The translations under genes were made by a program, and so were the position numbers. The notes below the pieces were generated by a model. The model was not told the origin of the DNA. It made no database searches and saw only the letters and a list, made by a program, of their open reading frames with translations. Positions 1 to 9,270 of a stretch of DNA of 64,000 bases are shown piece after piece. This DNA is from Candidatus Heimdallarchaeota archaeon. Its GTDB lineage: Archaea > Asgardarchaeota > Heimdallarchaeia > Hodarchaeales > Hodarchaeaceae. The stretch lies in NCBI GenBank assembly GCA_011364965.1, contig RDOB01000003.1:304939-368938 (forward strand), in the 5' to 3' direction. Positions within the stretch are counted from its first letter, which is position 1, and every line of letters begins with the position of its first letter.

Positions 1-952
1 CAACTGAATTTTTAGCAATTCCGCCAAAAATATAACCCCCTTTGAGATTCTTATCCTCCATTAATTCTTTAAGAAAAATAGCGGAGGCGATCGAGGTTCC
101 ACCAGCTCCAGCTTGCCAATTAAATCCATTAACAAGAAATCCAGATAACCACATGACATCAACAGCGGTCTGAGCAATTTTAAGACGATCTTCATCGATC
201 TGGCGACCAAGACTCCCTGTTGCGATTTTATTAGGATCGCCGATATTGTCAACCTCGAGAATTGCATCAACTCTAGAAGAAGGAATACTTACACGAGAGA
301 GCGGAGACTCAGAAATAGTATCCGTGACTCCAATAACTGTCTTCGCATATAGCGAGTCAGTTTCTAGAGGATACCCAAGACTTCCAAAATTGTGTTTCCC
401 ATCTATACCATTCAAATTTCCTAAATAATCAGCAGTAGACGCTCCAATAAATGCAATGTCGATATTTAGACTTCCATCTTGCACAGCACGGGCGCGACCT
501 CCGTGCGACCTCAAAACTGTAGGAATTTCGATTTCACCTTTACTAACAGCGTGACCAATTGGGCCATTCATGCTAGATTCGATCTTTCCGATCACACCAG
601 ATTCAATATGTTCAATCAAGGGTGCATGAGCTGGAAATAATGCAGTAGATGCAAGGTTGATGTTTTTAATATTATAAGATGCCATGCAATTGATAATCGG
701 TAAAATGATATTATCGCCTTCCCTAAGTGAGTGATGAAATGAGATTGTTATCCCATTTTTTGGAGAGAGGATTGTAAAGAGTTCATCAATTGAGTCATAG
801 AATCTACGAGTCTTTCTAGTGACAAAATTTTTCTGATAGGGAGCACAGATCTTCTTTCCTATTATCTTACTGTTATGGATTCCTTTATATGGCCGAATTT
901 TTGTTCCAAAGACAGAACTAGGAAATTTGCGGCCTAAAATATTTTTTGCCAC
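1..952 (-). CDS. citF: Citrate lyase alpha subunit / citrate CoA-transferase (5' part; runs off left edge)
   Basis: Not in ORF track. Manual translation from GTG at 952 gives MAKNILGRKFP...TISFHHSLREGD...LRSHGGRARAV...FGSLGY..., the CitF signature motifs. Confidence 0.9.
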   Translation of the reverse strand, partial: MAKNILGRKFPSSVFGTKIRPYKGIHNSKIIGKKICAPYQKNFVTRKTRRFYDSIDELFTILSPKNGITISFHHSLREGDNIILPIINCMASYNIKNINLASTALFPAHAPLIEHIESGVIGKIESSMNGPIGHAVSKGEIEIPTVLRSHGGRARAVQDGSLNIDIAFIGASTADYLGNLNGIDGKHNFGSLGYPLETDSLYAKTVIGVTDTISESPLSRVSIPSSRVDAILEVDNIGDPNKIATGSLGRQIDEDRLKIAQTAVDVMWLSGFLVNGFNWQAGAGGTSIASAIFLKELMEDKNLKGGYIFGGIAKNSV

Positions 953-1093
953 GCTTGCAACACCCTTTTCTAGTCTGAGAAGACACGAGTAATGCAAACG
1001 AAAAATACTTTGATAGTCTACAAAACCTTATTTTTAATTTTGTTTTATTTACAATTTCAAACAATAAAGAATTTTAAGATATTTTAAGGTAAA

Positions 1094-1870
1094 GTGTTAA
1101 GAATGGCTGATCCTTGGGAAACGAAAATTACCGAAGTAAAACCAAATAAATTATCTATACGGGGTTATAAATTAGACGATTTAATAGGAAATGTTAGCTA
1201 TACTATGGGGATTTTTTTATTATTAAGAGGAAGATTACCTTCAGAGTCTGAACAAAAAGTCTTTAATGCTATTCTAGTAGCAACGATGGATCATGGCGTC
1301 ACAGCTCCGAGTGCAGTTGCAGCTCGAACAGTAGCATCTTGTGGTGTACCAATCACAACTGCACTAGCTGCAGGAATTCTTGCAGTTGGTGATTATCATG
1401 GAGGAGCTGGAGAGCAGTGTATGAGATATCTTCAAACAATATTATTAAACAAACCTGAGAATCAGAGCTTACCAGAACTCGCAGAAAGGGCTGTAAAAAG
1501 CAGTAGGGAAAGAAAAGAAAGGATCCCTGGATATGGTCACCGTTATCATACAGATGATCCTAGAACAAAAAAATTACTCGAAATTGCAAAAGAATCAAAC
1601 ATAATAGAAAATTATACCACCCTTGCTCTCCTTATAGAGAATGAACTCCAAAAACAATCTGGAAGAATTTTACCTCTAAATGTGGATGGAGCAATTGGCG
1701 CGTTATTAGGAGACATGGGGTTTCCTCCCGAGGTTGGCAAAGCGATATTTGCCATTTCGCGTATCACTGGATTAACAGCACATGTTCTCGAAGAACTAAA
1801 AGAGCGCCCAGTTAGAACAATCATTCCAGAACAAGCGAAATATACTGGACCTCAAAATAAGAAAATTTGA
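1094..1870 (+). CDS. Citryl-CoA lyase (citrate synthase-like family); start probably ATG 1103
   Basis: W.T.IT...RGY, DHG..APS, HGGAGE, GYGHRYH and NVDGAIGA motifs; 258 aa, typical of the short citrate-synthase-like lyases. Confidence 0.85.
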   Translation: MLRMADPWETKITEVKPNKLSIRGYKLDDLIGNVSYTMGIFLLLRGRLPSESEQKVFNAILVATMDHGVTAPSAVAARTVASCGVPITTALAAGILAVGDYHGGAGEQCMRYLQTILLNKPENQSLPELAERAVKSSRERKERIPGYGHRYHTDDPRTKKLLEIAKESNIIENYTTLALLIENELQKQSGRILPLNVDGAIGALLGDMGFPPEVGKAIFAISRITGLTAHVLEELKERPVRTIIPEQAKYTGPQNKKI

Positions 1871-1892
1871 TATAATTTATTCGGGTGATTTT

Positions 1893-3194
1893 TTGCCATC
1901 GAATTATGACAGTATAATTATAGGTTCAGGAATTTCAGGGGCTACTCTCGCAAGACAATTAGTACAAAATGGACAGAAAGTTCTACTTCTTGAAAAAGGA
2001 GGTTACCACAAATTGTTAGGCAATCATCTAGCGATTATAAGGATAGCAGACCGAAAAGGATTTCGCTATACAAAGGAACACCTACTTGTAGCCTCAGGAA
2101 TCACAATAGGAGGATCATCAGTTATCTCTGCTGGTACTGCATACCGTCCGCCTCCAGGATTTTTTAAAAAATGGAGAATAGACTTGGAAAATGAATTAAA
2201 TGAAGCAGAGGAAGAATCAGGAGCAAGAGTCTTACCAGATGAATTAATTGGAAAAGGATCTCTACATCTAATGGAAGCAGGTAACCGTCTAGGACAGAAA
2301 TGGGAACGATTACCAAAATTTATTCATCCAGAGAAATGTAAATCTGGTTGTCCTTCTTGTATGTTGGGATGTAAAAATGGAGCGAAATTCACTGCAAGAC
2401 CAATAATCGAAGAAGCAAAATCTAGTGGCTTAGAAATTCAGAAAAGGAGGATAGATCGCGTAATAATAAGAAACGGAGAGGTTAGAGGGGTAAAACCTTC
2501 ATTAGGACATGAAATTCACGCAAATCGAGTTATAATTTCAGCGGGAGGGATTCATTCTCCGATCATACTTCAACGATCTGGTTTCGAGCAAGCAGGAAAA
2601 AATTTTTTTATGGATCCAATGGTTGTTACCTACGGTATAAGCCCAAAAAAAGAATACCGAACAATAAAAGATAATCCGATGTCTGTGGGATCTTATAAAT
2701 TTCACAAAACTGATGGAATTTTACTTAGCCCGATTGTGGATCCATGGGGTCTATTTCTATTAACCTATGGCTATCAAAAAACACCTTGGGACATCTTGAA
2801 AATTCGTCATTATTTCCGATTAATGGGAATTATGGCTAAAACAAAAGATAGTAAATCAGGAGAAATAAAATCTGGCCGCTTGGGAGTTTCAATTTCCAAG
2901 AAACTTTCAGAAGAAGACAAGAAAAGATTGGAAATAGGTTTTAACCTATCAAAAGAAGTATTGATAGAAGCAGGGGCAAATCCATGCAAAATATTTAGAA
3001 CTTCAATTAGAGGAGCTCATCCAGGTGGTTCTAATAGCATTGGTGACGTCGTTAATTCAGATCTAGAAACTGAAATCCCTAATTTATTTGTATGCGATGC
3101 AAGTGTCTTACCCCACTCTATGGCAAGTCCACTTGTAATTACTTTGATGGCGTTTGCTAAAAGATTAGGAAAACACATAATAAACAGTAGTTAA
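1893..3194 (+). CDS. GMC family FAD-dependent oxidoreductase
   Basis: IIIGSGISG FAD motif, GGSS, CxxGCxxCxxGC, SAGGIHSP, HPGG, NLFVCDASVLP. Confidence 0.85.
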   Translation: MPSNYDSIIIGSGISGATLARQLVQNGQKVLLLEKGGYHKLLGNHLAIIRIADRKGFRYTKEHLLVASGITIGGSSVISAGTAYRPPPGFFKKWRIDLENELNEAEEESGARVLPDELIGKGSLHLMEAGNRLGQKWERLPKFIHPEKCKSGCPSCMLGCKNGAKFTARPIIEEAKSSGLEIQKRRIDRVIIRNGEVRGVKPSLGHEIHANRVIISAGGIHSPIILQRSGFEQAGKNFFMDPMVVTYGISPKKEYRTIKDNPMSVGSYKFHKTDGILLSPIVDPWGLFLLTYGYQKTPWDILKIRHYFRLMGIMAKTKDSKSGEIKSGRLGVSISKKLSEEDKKRLEIGFNLSKEVLIEAGANPCKIFRTSIRGAHPGGSNSIGDVVNSDLETEIPNLFVCDASVLPHSMASPLVITLMAFAKRLGKHIINSS

Positions 3195-3213
3195 ATCTTC
3201 ATTTTACCTTTAA

Positions 3214-4494
3214 TTAACTCATCATTTTTAAATTGTTTGTTTCTGGTTCAGAATGAATTTCTTTCGCTGTTTTTAAAGCTCGCTTAAGTAAAAGAGGGCC
3301 AACTATCTCAGCTATTAAAACACTGACCGCTATGATATCCAACAATAGTATTGCTGTATTTGTGGCAGAAACGCTGATCTCGATGAACCTACTATAAGCA
3401 AATGCTGCTAAACCTAAAGCTACTCCAGCTTGGGTTAAAATCGCATATGGGAGGTTTATTCTAACTTTTCTAGGCATTTTTGCTGATGAAGCTGTTGTAT
3501 ATGTTCCAATATATTTTCCAATAGCCCTTGAAACAAAATAAACAAAAATTGTCAGGAAAGTGGGAGTGATTAACAAGCTAAGATCCATCTCATATCCAAC
3601 CAATATGAAAAATAACGCAATGAAAGGCGCAGAGAGACGCTCAACCCCTCTGACACATACTTTGTTTTCACATCTGGCCATTGTGCTTAATGTTAATCCA
3701 AAGACAATACAACTTAGAACAACGGAAAGGTGGAGTAAACCAGATAACGCAATACAGATTAAAATAGTTGGAAATACATATTCAGCCGATTAATAAGCCT
3801 GAATCCCCTCTATATGAAGGAGTTTCATCAATATTGCCAATAAAACCCCCAAGATTATTGAACCCAATACTTCGATAATTATTGGCATTAATATAGAAAT
3901 TAAAGACAATCTAACTCCAAGAAAAATAGATTCAGAATAGCTCAAGGCAATATTGAAGAAAAGGATGGCAATAATGTCATCAAAAGCGATGATAAAGAGA
4001 ATCGTCTGTGATAATGATCCATAAGCATTATACTCCTTTATCACTTCAGAGGTGGAAGCTGGAGCTGTGGCCATAGCAATTGCTCCCAATAATATTGAAA
4101 GTATAAAATTTTGAGAAAATATGAAAACAAATATTGTTACCACAGCAAAAGCGCCAAATACTTCCCCTAAAAGAATAATAGGTAAACCCCATGAAGTTTC
4201 ACGTAATTTTCGTACATCTAAATGGGCTCCAATGCTGTAACCGATGTATCCAAGCGATATGGTTGTGATAACATAATGAATCGTCTGATCAGGGGGAGTA
4301 GGAAAGCTAAAAGTGAAGAGGTTTGCAGTAAAAGCAGAGAGGAATTGTAAAGCCATTCCACCGACTATCAGACCAAGAACCTAAGGAATCCCCCGTTTTC
4401 CAAGTCCTTTAGCAACAACTAAGGATACGATGATGATTACACCAATCTCTAATATGAAAATTAAAACATCTTCATTTGTTGTATTGGTTAACAT
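3214..4494 (-). pseudogene. Cation:proton antiporter (CPA2/Kef-like) with two in-frame stops
   Basis: One reading frame from ATG 4494 to 3214, interrupted only by TAG at 4381-4383 (RGIP*VLG) and TAA at 3790-3792 (QAY*SAEY); ATAPAST, FDD, RAIGKY and QAGVALG antiporter motifs. Confidence 0.85.
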
Positions 4495-4715
4495 ATTTAA
4501 ATCAACTTTTGAAACTTAATTCATGCCTTCTCGGTTTATCTTTGGCTTTACATCCTCTGAAAAGAGCTATTGACGATTTTTTTTATTTTTAATCCAAATG
4601 AGATCAAAGAATTCTAAGATGATGTATTCCTCGCCGATATATACTTTTAAAAAAGATTCAGCTCTATAACCTAGGTAAATAACTTTTAGGTTTTAGCTAT
4701 TGATAGGTAGATTAT

Positions 4716-6836
4716 ATGAGACAAAAGCAAATAAAAAGGTATGTATGCAGGTTCGTAATAGCTTTATTTATTTTAGCTACTATTTTTCCAGTGTATCTTC
4801 AGTGTAATTTGGATCTCTCGCTAGCAATACCAACTGAATCTTCAACTCTTCCAATCAACTCTACAGATATATTAATTGAACTAAAGAAAAATTCTACGGG
4901 AATCGGTCTCCATTCATCCTTGAAATTTACTTTTAATTTAACAAATACCCTACAGCAATCCATATACAATTTAAAAGCTTATTCTAATCAAACATCTTCT
5001 GATATTACATTAGATCAACCATTATATGAAGAATTTGTCCTTGAACCTGGTGCAAAGAAAACTTTTGATGTTATTGCTAAAATCACAAATAATATTTCCT
5101 CTACTTCAGCGGTAGATCTAGTGATCATCATTGATGCTAGTGGGAGTATGGGGGAGGAAATTAATTCTGTGAAGAACAAATTAAACGATCTTATAATGAT
5201 TTTGTCAACTGAAATTCCCGATCTCAGGATCGGAGCCATAGTTTATGGCTGGAGAGAGTACTCAGAATATCCTGCCTCCCATTTGTCAAACTATCTCCCT
5301 TTTACTTCGAATTTTGAAGACATTAAGGACTTTATCAATAGTTTATACGCCAGTGGAACTTATGAACCTTGGGGTGACGCGCTATGGCTAGCAAATTCAT
5401 GGAACTGGCGTGAGGCTGCTAATAAACTAATTATTATGGTAGGCGATGAAGATTGTGACCCAGGAAATCTAATAGGAAGAGACAGTATAGGTGATTCTTG
5501 GTATAATGGATCAGATCTAGTAGAAATTGTACTTGAATTGGAGGGTAAAGGTGTAATTATCAACACTATTGTAGCAGATAATCCTGATATGCATGTAGCT
5601 AATCAATTTGAATGGATTGCAGAACTAACTAGCGGCCAGTCGGTATATCTCCCAGATATGGAAGAAATTGGTGTTGACATCCCGAATTTAATAACAGAAT
5701 GGACTTTAGAGTTAAGTCGGGAATATTCACACTCCTACAATCTTACTGTAACGTGGGAAAATAGTAATGGCACAATTTATCGAAATACAGCGATTGATAC
5801 CTTCTGGCTTGATTTAACCCCTCCATCAGTGACTGTTTCAGAAACAATCATTAAGATTGGGTTGAATATGTATGCAGTGGAATTTATTGCTCAAGTTGTG
5901 GATATCACGTCAGTAAATTATGTTAATTTATATTATAAAGGAGAAGGATCCTGGGAGCTCACTCCCATGACTTTGTTGCCTAATAGTTCTAATTATTGGG
6001 CTCGAATTGAAAATCTTGAAGGTAGATATAATTTAACTTATTTTGTTGAGGCAGCTGATGGGTTGGGAAATTCAGGAACGACGCCAGATAAATGGATAAT
6101 AGTCGAAGAGGCTCCTGCACTCTTGGGAAAGGAGTATTCTCTTTGGATGGATCCTGAGGAACAATCTCTAACTCAATTTGAGAATAATGGTACACTTAAT
6201 GAATTTTATCTTATTCTAAGTACCGAGGGAAACCTAAATATGGTATATGTAATACTAATCGATTTATCTACAAACTCATCTATTCCCCTCACACAAAATT
6301 ACGTTGTAAATGCTAGCTCTTCGCTTAATAGACAATTTTTCCCTCTAAATCTCACTACAGGCTTATATGCACTAAATATTACGCTTTCCAATGATAGTGA
6401 AGCATTTCTTTTTTCTTACGTTTGGTTGAAAAAAATTGATGTCACTAAAGACAGAGTAAGTGGTACCATGACCGAGGATATTCGAGTTCACGCCTATCAA
6501 TGGCCCAATGCGATTGAAGGGTGGTTTTTTAGCATTGTCTATGAAGTAAATGATCCACTTGTAGTTTATGCTGAAATATATAGAACCAATTTAAGTTGGG
6601 TTGGAAGGTTCACAGGTGGATCTGCACAGCAAATTCCTGTAAATGGAACCTATCTCATATTTATTTGGGCAACATTAAGGATTGGTACATATGAAATTAT
6701 TCATTCAAAAAATCCATATGTAACTGATGATCCCTATAGAACAACTCATACTGCGCAAACGCCTCTTCCAGGCTTCCCAGTCATAATTACTTTATCTATG
6801 ATTAGCTTTCTTGTTATTGGTAGAAGGAAACGGTAA
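4716..6836 (+). CDS. vWA-domain cell-surface protein with PGF-CTERM-like anchor
   Basis: Signal peptide; MIDAS DASGS; many NxS/T sequons; C-terminal PGF + TM + GRRKR. Confidence 0.8.
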   Translation: MRQKQIKRYVCRFVIALFILATIFPVYLQCNLDLSLAIPTESSTLPINSTDILIELKKNSTGIGLHSSLKFTFNLTNTLQQSIYNLKAYSNQTSSDITLDQPLYEEFVLEPGAKKTFDVIAKITNNISSTSAVDLVIIIDASGSMGEEINSVKNKLNDLIMILSTEIPDLRIGAIVYGWREYSEYPASHLSNYLPFTSNFEDIKDFINSLYASGTYEPWGDALWLANSWNWREAANKLIIMVGDEDCDPGNLIGRDSIGDSWYNGSDLVEIVLELEGKGVIINTIVADNPDMHVANQFEWIAELTSGQSVYLPDMEEIGVDIPNLITEWTLELSREYSHSYNLTVTWENSNGTIYRNTAIDTFWLDLTPPSVTVSETIIKIGLNMYAVEFIAQVVDITSVNYVNLYYKGEGSWELTPMTLLPNSSNYWARIENLEGRYNLTYFVEAADGLGNSGTTPDKWIIVEEAPALLGKEYSLWMDPEEQSLTQFENNGTLNEFYLILSTEGNLNMVYVILIDLSTNSSIPLTQNYVVNASSSLNRQFFPLNLTTGLYALNITLSNDSEAFLFSYVWLKKIDVTKDRVSGTMTEDIRVHAYQWPNAIEGWFFSIVYEVNDPLVVYAEIYRTNLSWVGRFTGGSAQQIPVNGTYLIFIWATLRIGTYEIIHSKNPYVTDDPYRTTHTAQTPLPGFPVIITLSMISFLVIGRRKR

Positions 6837-6840
6837 TATC

Positions 6841-9168
6841 TTATTTTTTCCGATTCTTAGTTTCATTATCGAATAATTCATTAACTCTGTTTATCTTATG
6901 AGTTATTTTGGATGGTTCTAGTTTCTTAGTAAAAGTTTCAAGGAGCTTAGACTGTTCAGGAAGAGAATAACCGCATAAAGGGCAACGAGTTTCATGGGTT
7001 ATTTCATCAACTGAGATAAAATCCAGTTCACATGCAGAACATGAAAAGGGAAAAACCATTAGAGACGATGAGCAATTAGGGCAAGTTGATCTTCCCACAC
7101 TTCGAAGATCAACATAATCATCAAGACATACATATCTTTTACACTTAGTACATTGTAGATAATGAGTATTGGCAACCTCACTCATACAGATTTGGCAAGA
7201 AACAATAGGATGAGGTTTTAATAGGAGCATTTGGGATCTCATAATCAAAAAACGAGTTATATTACCGTAAATGCTCGATTTCCTCTTGATAACATTCGGA
7301 ACCTCTAAAGACGGAACCCCAAGAAGGGTAGTTAAATAATCAATTGGAAGAGCTTTACCTTGACTGAAGTCTCTAAACCAGCTTTCCATTTTCTGTTGTT
7401 GTTTAAATGACCACAATTCTTGTTTAATCTTAGGAGTAACGCGAATCCCTGCGAAAACTCCTGAAATTAAAATGAGAACACCAAATATAATTAGAATGCT
7501 TGAAGTGAGAGGATTGGAAAGACTGCTTCTCGGGTTCGTACCGAAAAAATATTCTAGATTATCGTTCCATCCATCCAAGTCTGAATCTGCAAATTGAGGG
7601 TTGGATCCAAATTTATATTCCTGTAAATTCGTTAATCCGTCTTTATCTGGATCCTCAGAGGCATCATTAATATTGGGAGTAAGAGAATTTTCATATTCAT
7701 AGAGATTGGGCATCCCATCATTATCTAGATCTGTATACGCATCATCATCGGTTCCAGCTAGAAGTCCATATAGATATTCATAAAGATTCGGCATACCATC
7801 TCTATCAGAGTCCTCATCAGCATCATTCTCTGCTACGCTCAAATTATTATTATATTCATATAAATTGGGGATCATATCGCCATCTAAATCTAGTGCTGCA
7901 TCATTTACTATTCCATTCAGTCCATAGATAAATTCGTATCCGTCTCGCATCAAATCGTCATCCGTATCATAATCTGTTGGATCTGTTCCATAGCTATACT
8001 CAAGATAATTAGATAAATCATCTAAATCTAAATCAGATAAGCGATCAATATTAGATCCAGGATCTAGACCAAATTGTAACTCCCAAACAGTTGGCATATC
8101 GTCAGAATCAAGATCAGACAGATTCCAGATACAAATAGTCGAGTCATCAGAACTTGAAGCAAGAATGCTTCCAGTACGGTCGAAATCCATATCCAAGATG
8201 GATAAGGAATGAGCAGACATATGACCAATTGTATTATTAGTATGAGTCCAGAAGCTAATTTGATGATCAAGTAATCCCACACATTGCGTAAATCCATCAG
8301 AACTTATTGCAATGGAACGTATCCAAGTATTATAAACATTATTTTGTACAAGGTTGTACGTTGAGCTATCCCAGTATTTTACTGTTTGATCATGAGAACC
8401 TGAAATAATATAATTCCCATCAGAAGAGAATTCTACGTCAATTACATTTCCTATATGTTCTGCTAATGTACTAATACTAGTAAAACTAGTTATATTCCAA
8501 ATCTTTAAAGAATCATCATAAGAACCAGAAACCAAATATTCTCCATCTGGACTGAACTTAAGAGTCTTAATTCTGTCAGTATGACCAACTAAGCTTGTAA
8601 TAGAAGACCATGTAGTAGTATTCCAAAGAATAATTGTTTTATCATCAGATCCTGAAGCTAAAATATTTCCCTCGGGACTGAACCTAAGACTCCAAATTGG
8701 GCCAGTATGTCCTGTTAAGTTCTGAATCGGTTCCCCAGATGTAATATTCCAGATCAAAATTGTTTGATCATATGATCCAGATGCTAATAATTCTCCTGAA
8801 GGATGAAAAGCGATGGAGTAAACAGCTTGAGTGTGATCCTGAAGAGAGTTTATTAATACCCCTGTACTTATATTCCATAACATAATATTCGAATCTACAG
8901 AAGCTGATGCTAATATTGAATCAGTGGGAGAAAATTCAACATCCCATACCTCTGATGTATGATCAGTGAAGTTATAAATCAGTTTATCAACAGGATTTAA
9001 ATCAGATGTGTCATGATAGCTCATTTTGAAATGATTATTATTTAATAATGAAGGAGAACTTCCTATATTGATACTTATTACAAAACCTGCTGACAGAGCA
9101 GCAAATACCAAGGATGAGAACATTAATGAGAAATAAATAATCCTTGCAATTATTACTGACGTTTTCAT
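6841..9168 (-). CDS. Membrane protein: WD40 propeller + Asp-rich Ca-binding repeats + TM + cytoplasmic Cys-rich (RING-like/zinc-ribbon) tail
   Basis: About 7 GH...WN/WD repeats; repeated DxDxDGMPNLYEY units; TM ILIIFGVLILISGVFAG; tail CQIC..CTKC..C..CPNC..CSAC..CPLC. Confidence 0.8.
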   Translation of the reverse strand: MKTSVIIARIIYFSLMFSSLVFAALSAGFVISINIGSSPSLLNNNHFKMSYHDTSDLNPVDKLIYNFTDHTSEVWDVEFSPTDSILASASVDSNIMLWNISTGVLINSLQDHTQAVYSIAFHPSGELLASGSYDQTILIWNITSGEPIQNLTGHTGPIWSLRFSPEGNILASGSDDKTIILWNTTTWSSITSLVGHTDRIKTLKFSPDGEYLVSGSYDDSLKIWNITSFTSISTLAEHIGNVIDVEFSSDGNYIISGSHDQTVKYWDSSTYNLVQNNVYNTWIRSIAISSDGFTQCVGLLDHQISFWTHTNNTIGHMSAHSLSILDMDFDRTGSILASSSDDSTICIWNLSDLDSDDMPTVWELQFGLDPGSNIDRLSDLDLDDLSNYLEYSYGTDPTDYDTDDDLMRDGYEFIYGLNGIVNDAALDLDGDMIPNLYEYNNNLSVAENDADEDSDRDGMPNLYEYLYGLLAGTDDDAYTDLDNDGMPNLYEYENSLTPNINDASEDPDKDGLTNLQEYKFGSNPQFADSDLDGWNDNLEYFFGTNPRSSLSNPLTSSILIIFGVLILISGVFAGIRVTPKIKQELWSFKQQQKMESWFRDFSQGKALPIDYLTTLLGVPSLEVPNVIKRKSSIYGNITRFLIMRSQMLLLKPHPIVSCQICMSEVANTHYLQCTKCKRYVCLDDYVDLRSVGRSTCPNCSSSLMVFPFSCSACELDFISVDEITHETRCPLCGYSLPEQSKLLETFTKKLEPSKITHKINRVNELFDNETKNRKK

Positions 9169-9270
9169 CTATAGTCGTTATTAATAGATCATTAGCATCT
9201 AAAAAGATTTTTATGTACGAGGATAATTTACATTCTATTAGTAGAAAAGATGTATTATGAAATAATATGT

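Noticed and set aside
61-428. Short ORFs 61-270 (-) and 246-428 (+)
   Set aside because: Alternative-frame or antisense shadows of citF; the same applies to other short ORFs nested in long genes (e.g. 15511-15966, 35428-35856, 41135-41515)
3790-4383. Pyrrolysine or stop-codon reassignment explaining the antiporter stops
   Set aside because: The two stops differ (TAG, TAA) and both codons terminate many intact genes in the window
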